Counted from the first letter of the stretch, positions 10,148 through 20,675 are shown. The stretch is DNA of 64,000 nucleotides from Thermofilaceae archaeon (GCA_038861545.1 JAWCCZ010000001.1:480001-544000), one strand, 5' to 3'. Numbers and translations: made by a program. Notes: a model not told the origin generated them from the letters alone.

Positions 10148-12526
10148 GTGAGCCGGCTTAAATTCTCTCCTAAGAAGCGGAGGGGGCAGATACTCGTAGC
10201 CACGGTTCTCATGCTAGCGCTCTTTGTGATGTCGGTTCTCGTGTCAGTGTATGAGGCCCATGTATCATTTCTGCGGACTAGAAGCCCTGTTGTAAGAGAA
10301 GTCGTCGCTAGCATAACTGCGGATTTCAAGCGCGCGTTAGCCACGATGCTAGCCGTAGCGACCCGCGCTTACTTCAACTACTCAGAGTTCATCGATTTAA
10401 CCGGTAGATTCAGTGAAATGGGGTTAAACTATGGTAGCAGGCACAACTTTACGATCGCCCGCGCTATCGCGTTAACGTACCTGGAGTACTGGCGCCAAGC
10501 TGTAACCAAAGCTTACGGCGAATACGGGATGCAGATCTCATATGAGATACTAACACTGGATATATCGAAAGACTTGGGGAGACCTAGAAATGTGTACGAT
10601 TTAATGAAGGGTTACTGGTACATGACTAGCTCCGGCAGCTACGCTTACGCTAAGCTGAAAATGAACATCACGGCGCTCGGGTTTTACAACTGGGAAAGTG
10701 ATGTACTTGTCGGCTTAACGCTTTCCGTCGTGAAAAGCGGTGTCGACAATGTAACCATTACTGTGAAGTACGACGGCGACATCGACTACTCAACCAATCC
10801 ACCCCAGGTTAAAGGGGTTCCATATGAAAAGCTTCTCGCTCGAGGCAAAGTCTGGATATACATACCCGAGGAGGATTCAGCAGGCAGATATACAGGAGGC
10901 TGGAAGAAAGCTAAGATTAAGGACGTTTCATACATTGGAATGGGTAACTACACTATAAAGTTTGAACCTGCGGTTAGGATGATCACGGACCCATCAACCG
11001 GGCGGCAGTTCGCGCCTTTAATGGTGGTAATCTCCGATGAGCGGGGCATAATAGTGGAAGGTGCAACGTATAATTATATCGTTTTCAAGATAAAGAGAAA
11101 CACTCCAGATACCTTAATCTACTATGATAAAAATGGAGATAAGCAGACAATAGCCAGGCCATCTGACATTAGTAACGAAGTATATACGCTTGAGCTTAGC
11201 TCTAACTTATCCGTGTACTGGCTAGGTGTAAAGCTCGCTATAGATCAGATCCAGGACAAGTGGCTCCCACCGTTCCCTTTAATCCCTATAAAACAGATTA
11301 GGGTGAGCGTAAGTAGCGATGGAACACTCAACACGCTTAACGAGGGATCAATTCAATACGAGAATTGGACCGTGGTTAACTGGCGCGGCTTGAATGTGAA
11401 CTGGCCAATTGGGCTCTCTGATCCTCAAATGGATTTCGTTAAAGGGGAGAAGTACAACACTAGACTCGTTTTTCAAGTTAGATTCCCAACTACGAGTATC
11501 CGATATCAGTATGTGGCTCTCTGGTGGCATGATGATCTAGACGCGCAGCCCGCACAGTACCCTACACAGATAGAGTACAAGCGTGATGCAATTCATAAAG
11601 ATATCTGGCACCCACTATACGATGTGGAGTTCGTTGATACAGAACACCAGCAATCTAGAGGCTACACCGACTATAGAGGCGTAGCAGCGTTTGTATTGAG
11701 AGACCCTTACACTGACGATGCGTTTGGACCCTATAACCTCCACGCATTTGACGTGTACCAGAGTAAGCTAGGCCGCTACAGACCTTACGGTACTTGGACG
11801 GTATACTACAATTACATGAGGTATTCTTGGATTAAAGCACCGATTAGAATTTTCGCGACTCTTAATACAACCGGTGTTGGGAATGTTTACCAGAGTGGTG
11901 ATGTTAGGACAGACTACTACGACACGCTAGCTATAGTGCAAGTAATCAACGGTACGCGCTACATACCCGTTATCACCTACATATATTGGAAGAACTCCAG
12001 AAGCGGGGATGGCTATTGGCTTAGCACCGAAATGGGGAAAGGTATAGCCGAGATGTTCCTATACTTCACAGCAGGTTTACAAGCCGTAGGAGGGCAAACG
12101 CGGGCAAACTGGACCTACAACTCACCTTTCCAATGGGTAGAAAATCCCTCTGTTGAGTGTTACGGGGATCCGGGTTTCATAGTCTCGCACTGGAGCGGTA
12201 CTGCGAATATCGGTAGAGCAGTGATATTGAACTGGATGGGGGTAAACCTTTTAAGGAATGTTGGAGGCTCAAGTGCTCGCTTCTGTGTAACAAAGTATGC
12301 TCCAGGTGGAACGAGACAGGGCTCAGTCGAATATGCGTTCTGGCCATACGATCAAGAGAAATCCGTAAGTCAAGGACTCATATTAAGTTTCTGGAGTGTT
12401 ATTTTTGATTTCAAAAAATCAGGTACAGGTTTTCTAAACCGTGACGATAATACTATGTGGCAAAACGCCTACATCTACGCTCCAATGTTCCTCGAAAAAT
12501 ATACTCCTACAGTCGTTAAGCCTTAG
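10148..12526 (+). CDS. Very large pilin-like adhesin (792 aa)
   Basis: Class III signal KKRRG/QILVATVLMLALFV followed by a long Y/W/N-rich extracellular region. Confidence 0.72.
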   Translation: MSRLKFSPKKRRGQILVATVLMLALFVMSVLVSVYEAHVSFLRTRSPVVREVVASITADFKRALATMLAVATRAYFNYSEFIDLTGRFSEMGLNYGSRHNFTIARAIALTYLEYWRQAVTKAYGEYGMQISYEILTLDISKDLGRPRNVYDLMKGYWYMTSSGSYAYAKLKMNITALGFYNWESDVLVGLTLSVVKSGVDNVTITVKYDGDIDYSTNPPQVKGVPYEKLLARGKVWIYIPEEDSAGRYTGGWKKAKIKDVSYIGMGNYTIKFEPAVRMITDPSTGRQFAPLMVVISDERGIIVEGATYNYIVFKIKRNTPDTLIYYDKNGDKQTIARPSDISNEVYTLELSSNLSVYWLGVKLAIDQIQDKWLPPFPLIPIKQIRVSVSSDGTLNTLNEGSIQYENWTVVNWRGLNVNWPIGLSDPQMDFVKGEKYNTRLVFQVRFPTTSIRYQYVALWWHDDLDAQPAQYPTQIEYKRDAIHKDIWHPLYDVEFVDTEHQQSRGYTDYRGVAAFVLRDPYTDDAFGPYNLHAFDVYQSKLGRYRPYGTWTVYYNYMRYSWIKAPIRIFATLNTTGVGNVYQSGDVRTDYYDTLAIVQVINGTRYIPVITYIYWKNSRSGDGYWLSTEMGKGIAEMFLYFTAGLQAVGGQTRANWTYNSPFQWVENPSVECYGDPGFIVSHWSGTANIGRAVILNWMGVNLLRNVGGSSARFCVTKYAPGGTRQGSVEYAFWPYDQEKSVSQGLILSFWSVIFDFKKSGTGFLNRDDNTMWQNAYIYAPMFLEKYTPTVVKP

Positions 12527-12559
12527 TAGTTGTATATGGAATTGGGCCTTATTTAAAGA

Positions 12560-14368
12560 TTACAGCTTTGGCATTAAACCAGTGGTAACTGCTGGGGCAA
12601 TGAGCATCGCTACCAGATTAGATAATGTTAGGAAAAGCGCATGCTTGAATCCGGCTGCAACTCTCTCAGAGCTGATTTTTCCTGCGGCGAGGCCCATCAA
12701 GTAGCTGTTAAGGACTACTGGAGGCAGAAACATATTTATTAGCTGGGCTTCAGAAATAGTTGCACCGGCGAATTTCATTAGCGAGCCCATGAAGCTGACT
12801 ATGATGAGTACTACGACAGTGATTATGATGGAGCCAACATAGGGCATTAATATTAAAGGCCTTAAAGCCCTAGCTTTTTCTTTCTCCACCTGCTCTAAGG
12901 TTTCCGCGTAGCTGGCTAACGCTTCAAGTGTCTGCGGGGTGCCTCCACCCACTTCAATGCTTTCTGTTAACAAGTACATTGAAATTAAAGCAAACCAATT
13001 TTTCATACCCCGAGAGAAACGTTCGAAAATTTTGCTTAAAGGTACTCCCCATCCAACTTGCTTGGCGATATCCTTCAGGTATAATGTAAACTTTCCGTAA
13101 TCTCTATTCCTTAAATTTATAATACATTTTTCAGGGGACATTCCGGTTTTTCTCACCTCTACTAAATCTCTTAGGAAGCGGGTTAACCCATATTGGATAC
13201 CACCGAACTTAGCGGCCGAGTGAGTTTCAATGATCATCGCAGGTAGAAGGCCAACTGACAGCGGTATTATCACACCAACCCCACTCTCATAGCCTTTCTC
13301 AAACCCTAAAGCTGTTGTCAGGAATTTGTTTAGCATAACAAGAGGTGCAAATATGGATGAGAGGACTCCGGCTAAAGGTTGGGGAAGCATGAAGGGTAAC
13401 CCCATACCTATGAATAAGATCAGCGTGAGCGGGATACCTATTGAAAAGTAGACAATATAAGCTTTAGTATCGTAAACTGGATATCTTGGTTGCATGAGAT
13501 CAGCTAGGTAGATGAATAAGCCAGACATCATCGGCATAAAAATATATGAGAACAGCATGAACTGGAACTCCCCCCCAGCGAGCCCCATTCCCGCCTGTGC
13601 GAGCGCCATGTTTACCACATACATTACATAAATAGTCATCGAGGTGAGCAACACCATAGCCATATACGATTCCAGCAGCATCCCTATTCGTTCGCCAGCC
13701 ATTCGAACCTGCGTAACCCTTTCCCGAAGCATAACTTCGGTTTGTCTCTGGAGATAGTGGACAACGTCGCCGCCAGCTCTCAGCGTGGCCGCGTAACCCA
13801 GCATTAACTGCTTGTACCCACCATGAGGTGTACGTTGAGCTCCCTCTTCAATCGCAGAAAGCGGGTCGTAGCCCATAGCACGAACCCTAAGGAAGAACCG
13901 CATTGCTTCTTTCTTAACTTCCCTGAATAAAACCGCCGGCGCCTTAGCTAGCCGCTCAAAGCTTGTGTAGGGTGAGATACCGCCAGTCGCCATCACTGTA
14001 ACGTACACAGAAAGGTATGGTACCTCTAAGTCGAAGCTGCTAGTTCTATTGCTTACTTTCATTTTGGGGTATACGATCCCTATGCCAAACACTACGAAAG
14101 CGGCTAGCAGCGGGATTAGCGATGATACCGCGATGGCCTGTATGAAGGCTAGGAAGCCGACTTGCGCTAGTAGAAGTGAGAGAGGCGTAGCTACAGCAGC
14201 CCCAGCTATAGCAGCTATAATAGAAAATAAAACAACTTTTGCAGCATAAGCCGAGGGGTACACTTTCATGTCGGCTGACACAATGTCGTTTCGCAGCCAT
14301 GGGAACATCCGAGCTAGCGATTCTCCTGCCCAACTAAATAACGAGTACGCGAGGCTCTCTAAACTCAC
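12560..14368 (-). CDS. Type IV pilus platform membrane protein (TadC/ArlJ/T2SS-F family, two T2SSF domains)
   Basis: Multi-TM; VMATGGISP...GYDPLSAIEE and RDLVEVRKTGMSP...GWGVPL...EVGGG T2SSF repeats. Confidence 0.9.
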   Translation of the reverse strand: MSLESLAYSLFSWAGESLARMFPWLRNDIVSADMKVYPSAYAAKVVLFSIIAAIAGAAVATPLSLLLAQVGFLAFIQAIAVSSLIPLLAAFVVFGIGIVYPKMKVSNRTSSFDLEVPYLSVYVTVMATGGISPYTSFERLAKAPAVLFREVKKEAMRFFLRVRAMGYDPLSAIEEGAQRTPHGGYKQLMLGYAATLRAGGDVVHYLQRQTEVMLRERVTQVRMAGERIGMLLESYMAMVLLTSMTIYVMYVVNMALAQAGMGLAGGEFQFMLFSYIFMPMMSGLFIYLADLMQPRYPVYDTKAYIVYFSIGIPLTLILFIGMGLPFMLPQPLAGVLSSIFAPLVMLNKFLTTALGFEKGYESGVGVIIPLSVGLLPAMIIETHSAAKFGGIQYGLTRFLRDLVEVRKTGMSPEKCIINLRNRDYGKFTLYLKDIAKQVGWGVPLSKIFERFSRGMKNWFALISMYLLTESIEVGGGTPQTLEALASYAETLEQVEKEKARALRPLILMPYVGSIIITVVVLIIVSFMGSLMKFAGATISEAQLINMFLPPVVLNSYLMGLAAGKISSERVAAGFKHALFLTLSNLVAMLIAPAVTTGLMPKL

Positions 14369-14386
14369 ACTCCTATAATGTAGTTG

Positions 14387-14492
14387 AGTTATATATTCTT
14401 CACGCTAAACTTCGCTTGAAAAGGTGATTCTGGCTATAAATCGGAGGCCGTATTGACATTGAGGCGCAGAGGACACGCTATAGTTATATATT
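14387..14492. promoter_or_regulatory. Probable divergent TATA boxes for platform protein and ATPase
   Basis: AGTTATATATT at 14387-14397 and 14482-14492, each about 20-30 nt from the respective start codon. Confidence 0.45.
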
Positions 14493-14518
14493 ACCGACTT
14501 AACTTACATTGAGTTAGT

Positions 14519-16612
14519 GTGAGCGCCCAAGCTATTGAGAAAGAAGCTGGAGGGGGAAAAGCCAAAAAGGAGAAGGTTAAAAGTCAGAATAAAAAAGCCA
14601 AAAAGGAAAGATCTAAAAAGAAGGTTGAGGAAAAAACCGGAGAGGAGAAGGCTGGAGATGGTGTAAGTTTCCTACCGCTTAAAGAGCACTACAAAATCCT
14701 TGAAGAGTACTGGGTGGCTGAACCGTACGCTAAAGTCAAAATCGCTGAAATACCAGAGCTGGGAAATCAGCGGATGTACTTCGTCGAAGAAGTACAGCTA
14801 GCAAAGGGGGAGAAAAGCGTTCTAGGGAAGCTGATCGATATCCTGGCGGTCGAGCTTGAACCTCCAGCTTCGTTCGATGTGGATCTGAGGGAGCATATAG
14901 TCAAGGAAGCTAGGAGGCTTGCAGAGAAGTACCGGGCAGTCGCACGCGGCTTAAGCGAGGAAAGCTGGAATAGAGTGCTCTATTATGTTGAAAGAGACCT
15001 TGTCGGATATGGTCCGATAGAAGTTCTGATGCGTGACTACAAACTGGAGGATGTCTCCTGCGACGGTGTTGACAGGCCCATACACGTCTGGCACAGGGAT
15101 TACGAGTCCATCCCTACGAACATCGTTTTCAGGGACAGGGACACGTTGAGAGAGTTCATTGTGAAGATCACTCACATGTCCGGGAAGCATATCTCAGCCG
15201 CTTTCCCTATTGTGGACGCTATGCTCCCTGGTAGGCACCGGCTTGCAGCAACCTACGGTGAAGAGGTATCCCCGAAGGGTAGCACGTTCACGATTAGGAA
15301 GTTCAGGGAAAGGCCTTTCTCAGTCGTCGAGCTAGTCGAAACGGGTAACATCGACTCGTGGACCGCTGCTTACCTATGGTTGATGATCGAAAATAAAATG
15401 ACCGTCATGGTGATCGGAGCCACGGCCGCGGGTAAAACCACGTTCCTCAACGCAATCGCTAACTTCTTTAAGCCGGGCTTTAAGATTGTCACTATTGAGG
15501 AGACCCCTGAGCTGAACCTACCCCACGAGAATTGGGTCCAGCTGGTTAGCAGGGAGAGTTACGGCCTCGGCGAATCAAAGGTCGGCGAGATCTCGCTTTA
15601 CGACCTTGTAAGGCTCTCGCTTAGGTATAGGCCCGACTATATCATCGTCGGCGAAGTCAGGGGCTCCGAGGCTTTCGTCCTCTTCCAAGCGATGGCGACG
15701 GGGCATGGCGGTATGAGCACGATGCATGCCGATTCACTTGAAGCCGCTGTTAGGAGGCTTACGAGCCCGCCGATGAACGTGGCACCTGCATACATTCCGG
15801 CGTTGAACGTAGCGTGCTACGTGGAGAGGACTATTCTCCCGGACGGGCGGGTCGGTAGGAGGATGAGGCACCTTTGGGAGGTAGAAGACTACCAGAAGTA
15901 CAGGGAGATTGTCCGCTGGGACCCAGTTAGGGACACGCACGTGGTCGTTGGCGGCAGTACTCATGCGGGCTTTGTTGCCACGAGGTTGGGCAAAAGCGTA
16001 GACGAAGTATTCGAGGAGATCGAGCGGAGAAGACAAGTTCTCGAGTGGTTAAAGATGAAAGGCGTTAAAGATACAAAAGACGTATTCATCTGGATAAACC
16101 GCTACTACATGAACCCCAAGGAGGTGTACGAGCTAGCCCGCAGCGAGCTTGAGCAGCTCAAGGTGAAACCCGCGCCACCCATTGTAGCACCATCAGCGCC
16201 TTCAGCACACGTACCCGTAGTGGCTCCATCAGCCGCGGCGCAAGTCGCTCAACCGATCGCAAGGCCTGTTCTAGCTAAACAAACCTCAGAGGTAGATCCC
16301 CTTCAAGCGCTTCGATCTCTCCCAAGAGCAATACAGGTTAGAAGAGGGGCAGCAGCATCTGAGCCGATAATGATCAGCAAAGAGGCGCTTACAGTGCTTA
16401 AAGCTCTTGGAGGGCTGGGCGGGGTAGCGGATAGGGAAACTCTCCGCTCCTCGGCGGGGCTAGCCTACAACGTATATACTAAAGCTATCTCTGAGCTTGC
16501 GCAGAGAAGGCTTGTTGAAATTGCAGTAAGCTACTCGGGTGGATCCCCTAAAGTCAGCTACAGGTTAACGGAGCTTGGCGAAAGACAGCTTGAAGCGCTG
16601 CCACCCGAATAG
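14519..16612 (+). CDS. Type IV pilus assembly ATPase (ArlI/TadA/VirB11 family) with Pro/Ala linker and C-terminal wHTH
   Basis: LEDVSCDG, FTIRKF, Walker A GATAAGKT, TIEETPEL, LRYRPDYIIVGEVRG, TGHGGMSTMHA. Confidence 0.93.
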   Translation: MSAQAIEKEAGGGKAKKEKVKSQNKKAKKERSKKKVEEKTGEEKAGDGVSFLPLKEHYKILEEYWVAEPYAKVKIAEIPELGNQRMYFVEEVQLAKGEKSVLGKLIDILAVELEPPASFDVDLREHIVKEARRLAEKYRAVARGLSEESWNRVLYYVERDLVGYGPIEVLMRDYKLEDVSCDGVDRPIHVWHRDYESIPTNIVFRDRDTLREFIVKITHMSGKHISAAFPIVDAMLPGRHRLAATYGEEVSPKGSTFTIRKFRERPFSVVELVETGNIDSWTAAYLWLMIENKMTVMVIGATAAGKTTFLNAIANFFKPGFKIVTIEETPELNLPHENWVQLVSRESYGLGESKVGEISLYDLVRLSLRYRPDYIIVGEVRGSEAFVLFQAMATGHGGMSTMHADSLEAAVRRLTSPPMNVAPAYIPALNVACYVERTILPDGRVGRRMRHLWEVEDYQKYREIVRWDPVRDTHVVVGGSTHAGFVATRLGKSVDEVFEEIERRRQVLEWLKMKGVKDTKDVFIWINRYYMNPKEVYELARSELEQLKVKPAPPIVAPSAPSAHVPVVAPSAAAQVAQPIARPVLAKQTSEVDPLQALRSLPRAIQVRRGAAASEPIMISKEALTVLKALGGLGGVADRETLRSSAGLAYNVYTKAISELAQRRLVEIAVSYSGGSPKVSYRLTELGERQLEALPPE

Positions 16613-16708
16613 TACTGGTAACCGATTACAATCATAAAAAATGTTGGTTTCCCGCTATTACATGCGAAAAATATAAATTACAGTGTTCTTCTGATATTAT
16701 GAGAAGAC

Positions 16709-17164
16709 ATGATTAGGAGGAAGGCTATAAGCCCGGTTATCGCCACCGTGATTATCGTTGCAGTCACAATCGCTGTAGCGATAGCCGTAGCCTTCTGGAT
16801 GACCGGCATAGTCGGATTATTCACGGCAACTGAGAGATTAGAAATCACATCCGCTTTCGTTCAGTCTACTCAAAGTGGATGGACGATTACCATGACTGTC
16901 AAAAACACAGGTACGACGCCAACAAGCATCGACTATATAGTAGTTAACGGGGTAAATCTTGAGGATCCCGCCTGTGGCGGTGTGACTCTAAGTGCAGGAA
17001 CATTACCGCTGGCGATAAACCCCGGAACCGATGCGAACCTAGCCATAGATATTACTAGTGGGGGAACGTGTGGAGCTACCACGTTCTCCGCTGGAGTAAG
17101 TATTGAGTTAAAGCTTCACAGCACTGGAGGTAAAGAATACCCGAAGCTACTGGTGTTACCGTAA
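16709..17164 (+). CDS. Archaeal type IV major pilin
   Basis: MIRRKA/ISPVIATVIIVAVTIAVAIAV canonical prepilin N-terminus; own TATA-like box (ATATAAAT) about 30 nt upstream. Confidence 0.92.
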   Translation: MIRRKAISPVIATVIIVAVTIAVAIAVAFWMTGIVGLFTATERLEITSAFVQSTQSGWTITMTVKNTGTTPTSIDYIVVNGVNLEDPACGGVTLSAGTLPLAINPGTDANLAIDITSGGTCGATTFSAGVSIELKLHSTGGKEYPKLLVLP

Positions 17165-17182
17165 GTTCATGTAGCTAAGATT

Positions 17183-17206
17183 TAAATAAAAGTTTTTTAT
17201 TTTTTT
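17183..17206 (+). terminator. Probable T-rich terminator after pilin
   Basis: AAATAAAAGTTTTTTATTTTTT immediately after the pilin stop. Confidence 0.45.
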
Positions 17207-17407
17207 AACGATATTAACGTGGGCGGATTATTTGGTTTAACATTATTAGGGAATCGCGTTTATATAAATAGTAAATCCACCTATATGTTTGATTAAATTT
17301 ACTTCAAATGCTAGGTGTACATGGGTTGACTTTTTTAAAAGTTTATCTCGTTTTTCCATGTATTTCAAACACGTTAATGCTTTAATCATGGCTTCCTTTT
17401 CCAGACT

Positions 17408-18748
17408 GTGGGGCTTAAGCGAGAACTGGGCTTAGGGTATGCTACATTGTTCGGTGTAGGTTTAATACTGGGAGCTGGGATATACGTTTTAGTGGGTAGG
17501 GCTGCGGGTTTAGTTGGTGATGCAGTTTGGCTTAGCGTAGCTTTTTCAGGCGTTATAGCGATTTCCACAGCGCTATCGTACGCGGAGCTCGCCGGTGTTT
17601 TCCCTTACGCTTCGAGCACACACCGGTATGTTCTAGAGGCTTTTCCCGAGTGGCGGCTTCCTGCTTTCCTGGCTGCATGGATGGTATTCTTCGAAGGTGT
17701 AGCCGGCGCGGCTACAGCGGCTTTAGGTTTTGCTGGCTACTTTACACGGCTTTTAGGCTTAGGTGTACACGCGACCGTGCCAATAGCGCTAGTGCTTCTA
17801 TTTTTGCTTTCACTGTTGAATTGGTTAGGAGTTAAGGAGTCAGCAGCCTTATCCGCTGTGTTTACTTTCATAGAAGCCGGAGGCTTGCTTTTCGTAGCCT
17901 TACTCGGACTCCTGCTACCAGTTCGGGAGCCAATCTATTTTTCCTTTAACCCGACGGTCGAGTCATGGACCGCGGTGTTGGTGGGCGCCGCTATATTCTA
18001 CTTCGCTTACACCGGTTTCGAGTTCCAGCCAACGTTGAGCGAGGAGACTAGGAACCCGGAACGGGTAATGCCTAAAGCGATACTTGCAGCTGTAGCGGTC
18101 ACAACGGTTCTCTACTTGCTGGTTAGCTTCAGTATCGTGCGTCTAATGAGTTGGGAGGAGCTTGGCTTAAGTGGTGCGCCTTTAGCGGATGCTGCTGCTA
18201 GAGTATGGGCTCCCGCTTTCCATTTGTTGATGATTATCGCGTTGTTCGCGACTACTAACACTGCGCTCGGCTTCTTGGTTACTGCTTCTAGACTCGCGTA
18301 CGGGCTTGCTGAGGAGGAGGTTGTTTGGCGTGGTTTCCACTCTGTGGATAAACGTAGAGGTACTCCCAGCTTAGCGGTCATGTTCGCGGGCGTGGTTTCC
18401 GCTTTACTGTTGCTTTTAACTTGGTATCTGCCGGAGGCTACTGGGTGGCGGTTACGCGTAGCGGGGTTCGAGTACCAGTTAATCGATTTGGTGGGGAAGA
18501 CGGCCAGCTTAGCTGTATTGCTCGCCTTTCTTTTCGTGAATTCTGCGCTTATTGCGTTGAGGTTCAGGAACCCCTCTTTGGCAAGACCGTTTAAAGTCCC
18601 TCTAAGTGTTAAGCACGTACCGGTTCTTCCTTTAATGGCTAACGTTTTGATCCTAGTGTTCCTAACTGTAAGTTTTAATGATTGGATCGTATGGCTCAGC
18701 ACGGTTCTAGTAACGATACTAGGCCTGCTCTTGTACAAGCGTAAATGA
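17408..18748 (+). CDS. APC family amino acid permease
   Basis: LKRELGL, GLILGAGIY, ALSYAELA, YTGFE, EETRNPERVMP, SRLAYGLA, RPFKVP; about 12 TM. Confidence 0.92.
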   Translation: MGLKRELGLGYATLFGVGLILGAGIYVLVGRAAGLVGDAVWLSVAFSGVIAISTALSYAELAGVFPYASSTHRYVLEAFPEWRLPAFLAAWMVFFEGVAGAATAALGFAGYFTRLLGLGVHATVPIALVLLFLLSLLNWLGVKESAALSAVFTFIEAGGLLFVALLGLLLPVREPIYFSFNPTVESWTAVLVGAAIFYFAYTGFEFQPTLSEETRNPERVMPKAILAAVAVTTVLYLLVSFSIVRLMSWEELGLSGAPLADAAARVWAPAFHLLMIIALFATTNTALGFLVTASRLAYGLAEEEVVWRGFHSVDKRRGTPSLAVMFAGVVSALLLLLTWYLPEATGWRLRVAGFEYQLIDLVGKTASLAVLLAFLFVNSALIALRFRNPSLARPFKVPLSVKHVPVLPLMANVLILVFLTVSFNDWIVWLSTVLVTILGLLLYKRK

Positions 18749-19245
18749 GTTAACGTGTAAAGTTGAGTTAATTACGTCGTTTGAGTTTAAAGTTTCCTAA
18801 GCTTTATGAAATTATTTTCACATTCCAAGCTAAAACCTTTTCTAATAATCCTAGTATAGACGAGTGTAATTTATGCGAGTGTTAAAGGCTTTTTCTCAAA
18901 TAATTCTCTAAACGGTTTTATTGCTAAGCTGGTTATATTCTCAAAGCCGGTCCGGTGCATAGAAAAGTTTTGTAAGATGTGAAGCAACAAGTTTCGAAGG
19001 CTTGTTTAATCCTCTTAATCTATTCGATGATAAGAGCGAGCCTTTGATGCACTTCAAGTGGAGCAGACTGTGAAGATTCTCTGTAGTACTCGTTTGCTGT
19101 TGTTCAGCTCTCTAGCACTACGATACGCGGATATTATCTAGACTTCTCCAGCTCCTATAGAAGCTCGTTAGATAGGATGATTCAAGGGTTGAGAGTTGCT
19201 AGGTAAGTGAAAGTAAGTTTAAGTGTAACACCGTATTAGTGTCTT

Positions 19246-19983
19246 GTGCCGAAACAAACTGCGTTAGTTACAGGTAGAAGTAGATTAATTGCTTTAACTT
19301 CGCTCATGGCTTCAACAGTTTTCCTCGTTACTGCTGCTTTTTCACTTTATGTTCCGGAAACGAGAGGGTATTTTAACTTCGGAGAGTCTGCTGTTTACCT
19401 GACCTCTATTATTTTACCACCTAGTTGGGCGGCTTTGGCTAGCGGTTTCGGCTCGATGTTGGCTGACGTGTCATTGGGCTACTACCATTATGCGCCAGCG
19501 ACCTTGCTTATCAAGGGTGCTGAAGCTTTCGTTGTTTCCACTTTAATGAGGAAACATCCAAAAATTTTTGCAGGAGGAAGCGTAGCCGCTAACTTACTGT
19601 TGTCGATCAGCCTTCCCCTCCTAATAGGCTTACTCGGCCTTTCGCTTTACACGGGTACAGTTGAGCTCTCTTTCGCTTTACCTTTTACGTCCTTTGTAAG
19701 CTATGGGGCGTGGCAGCTTGCGGGTGTAGTGTGGTTAGCCGTAGCTTTAGTTTTAGGGATTTACTTGGTTTATGCTAATTTAAAGAGGATTGGTGACGCT
19801 TGGACTCTATTCTCCCTAGTGTCTGGCGGGGCTATTATGGTTTTGGGCTACTTTCTTTACGAGCAACTTATCCTCGGCGTAGCGGCTATTGCTGAAGTAC
19901 CCTTTAATCTCATGCAAGTGCTGATAGGGGTTTCCATAGTTCTTCCAGTTATGCACCAAGTTAAACAGCTATCTTCGGGCTAA
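19246..19983 (+). CDS. ECF transporter S component
   Basis: GYFNFGES, GFGSMLADV..GY.HYAPATLLIKG, EVPFNLMQ. Confidence 0.88.
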   Translation: MPKQTALVTGRSRLIALTSLMASTVFLVTAAFSLYVPETRGYFNFGESAVYLTSIILPPSWAALASGFGSMLADVSLGYYHYAPATLLIKGAEAFVVSTLMRKHPKIFAGGSVAANLLLSISLPLLIGLLGLSLYTGTVELSFALPFTSFVSYGAWQLAGVVWLAVALVLGIYLVYANLKRIGDAWTLFSLVSGGAIMVLGYFLYEQLILGVAAIAEVPFNLMQVLIGVSIVLPVMHQVKQLSSG

Positions 19984-20615
19984 AACCCTAAATCCTCGTT
20001 TACTAAAATTACATGGAAATCTGTGAGGGAAGGTTTCCGCTCAACGATCACGGTAATGTTACATGCTCTTTCTGGTGAGCTACAATCCAAGCAACGGTCC
20101 AGCTTAACGCAAGGGGTTTTAAGTTTAAGCCTTTTACAGTTCATTACCGCCGCTATATTCTTAGCTCTCCACAACCCTTCCTTAACATCGCGGACCAACT
20201 TATTCTTACCAGCTACAACGATTACGCGTTTAGGCCCGAAAATCATCGCAGCCACGCGGTTGCCAACTCCGTCAATGCTTATCAGCTTTCCATCCATCGT
20301 TACAGCGTTAACGCTGCATAGGAAAGTATCCGATGTAAGTTCTTCTCTTCTTAAATGATCGAGTACCTCTGGGGTAGCCTGCACCCAATGATGAATTACC
20401 CTGAAACTTCTCCTCTCGAGCTCCTCAATTAATTCAAGCTCTCGAATAGTAACTGAGCCCCCTATTCCAACCGTGTTCCCCTCTGGTATTAAGCTGAGTA
20501 CGATACTTTTAGCCTCTTCCCGGTTTAGCGCAAGGTAGGCAGAAAAGCCGTTCAGCCTTAATGCTTCAACAGTCTTTTCTAATTGCTGCTTAGAGAACCA
20601 GCTTTTAGCCTCCAT
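19980..20615 (-). CDS. LUD domain (LutC/YkgG-like) protein
   Basis: VGIGGSVT, SVNAVTMDGKL..IDGVGNRVAA..FGPK, GKNK, C-terminal Cys cluster. Confidence 0.85.
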   Translation of the reverse strand: MEAKSWFSKQQLEKTVEALRLNGFSAYLALNREEAKSIVLSLIPEGNTVGIGGSVTIRELELIEELERRSFRVIHHWVQATPEVLDHLRREELTSDTFLCSVNAVTMDGKLISIDGVGNRVAAMIFGPKRVIVVAGKNKLVRDVKEGLWRAKNIAAVMNCKRLKLKTPCVKLDRCLDCSSPERACNITVIVERKPSLTDFHVILVNEDLGF

Positions 20616-20675
20616 GAGTGCTGAACGCTTAACGGTCTAAAAAGTTAGCCTAAAAATCTGGTTTACTCCTGAAGC

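Noticed and set aside
5406-17164. Archaellum operon
   Set aside because: No archaellin-type sequence or ArlH/ArlF/ArlG homologues recognised; the pilin is of the adhesive type IV pilin type.
18112-18738. Long antisense ORFs in the track (this 208-aa one, also 1585-2019, 32528-33001 and others)
   Set aside because: They lie fully opposite well-supported genes and lack recognisable motifs; treated as shadow ORFs.
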